Source: Candidatus Aenigmatarchaeota archaeon (lineage in GTDB: Archaea; Aenigmatarchaeota; Aenigmatarchaeia; QMZP01). From it: DNA of 64,000 nucleotides. Positions 63,835 through 64,000 of the stretch are shown here, one piece after another. Each line of letters begins with the position of its first letter. Position 1 is the first letter of the stretch. The stretch lies in the NCBI GenBank assembly GCA_016198585.1, contig JACQII010000016.1, forward strand, positions 88,932-152,931, read 5' to 3'. The notes below the pieces were generated by a model, which was not told the origin of the DNA, ran no database searches, and was given only the letters and a program-made list of their open reading frames with translations. The translations under genes and the position numbers were made by a program.

Positions 63835-64000
63835 GAGGCAAGCGCGAAGGCATGCGGGGACGGCGGACACACGGCCACGGCAGCCACAAGAAGTGGCGCG
63901 GCGCGGGCAGCCGCGGTGGCCACGGTTTCGCCGGGTCATTCAAGCACAAGCGCCTCTGGGTTCTCCGCCACCATCCCGAGCACCTCGAGAAGAAGAAGTT
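63831..64000 (+). CDS. rpl15: Ribosomal protein L15 (5' part)
   Basis: Hand translation MRGKREGMRGRRTHGHGSHKKWRGAGSRGGHGFAG...; runs off the window. Confidence 0.9.
   Translation, partial: MRGKREGMRGRRTHGHGSHKKWRGAGSRGGHGFAGSFKHKRLWVLRHHPEHLEKKK

Overview
High-GC archaeal chromosome segment. The lineage is most likely DPANN: it has a single-chain fused PriS-PriL primase, archaeal r-proteins, aIF5B, aIF2alpha, SRP54, Hel308, GINS, archaeal pilins, and TATA boxes about 25-35 nt before ATGs. Housekeeping genes (LeuRS, ValRS, ProRS, RNase Z, prefoldin, Pth2, Bud32) alternate with accessory genes. Main observations: (1) a compact 8-kb partial TCA-cycle cluster (IDH-like, citrate synthase, MDH, a lone SdhA/FrdA, fumarase) whose aconitase candidate is a two-subunit LeuC/LeuD-type enzyme with an altered Fe-S motif (GSSTNC); (2) two tRNA genes, Gly-GCC and Leu-CAA, carrying homologous 42-43-nt introns at different positions, with a compensatory change in the intron hairpin; (3) a shared operator TGTCAY-N9-GTGAYA before an ABC transporter and before a block of unknown genes (78-aa acidic protein, 30-aa peptide, HEXXH protein), with several proteins of that block ending in -AA; (4) a catalytically dead IS200-type HUH protein coupled to a PAP2 gene; (5) an AT-rich gene bracketed by direct hairpin repeats; (6) a protein with outer-membrane-like beta-barrel patterning. 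No CRISPR array, rRNA or intact mobile element was seen. All calls are by eye from motifs; no database search was run.
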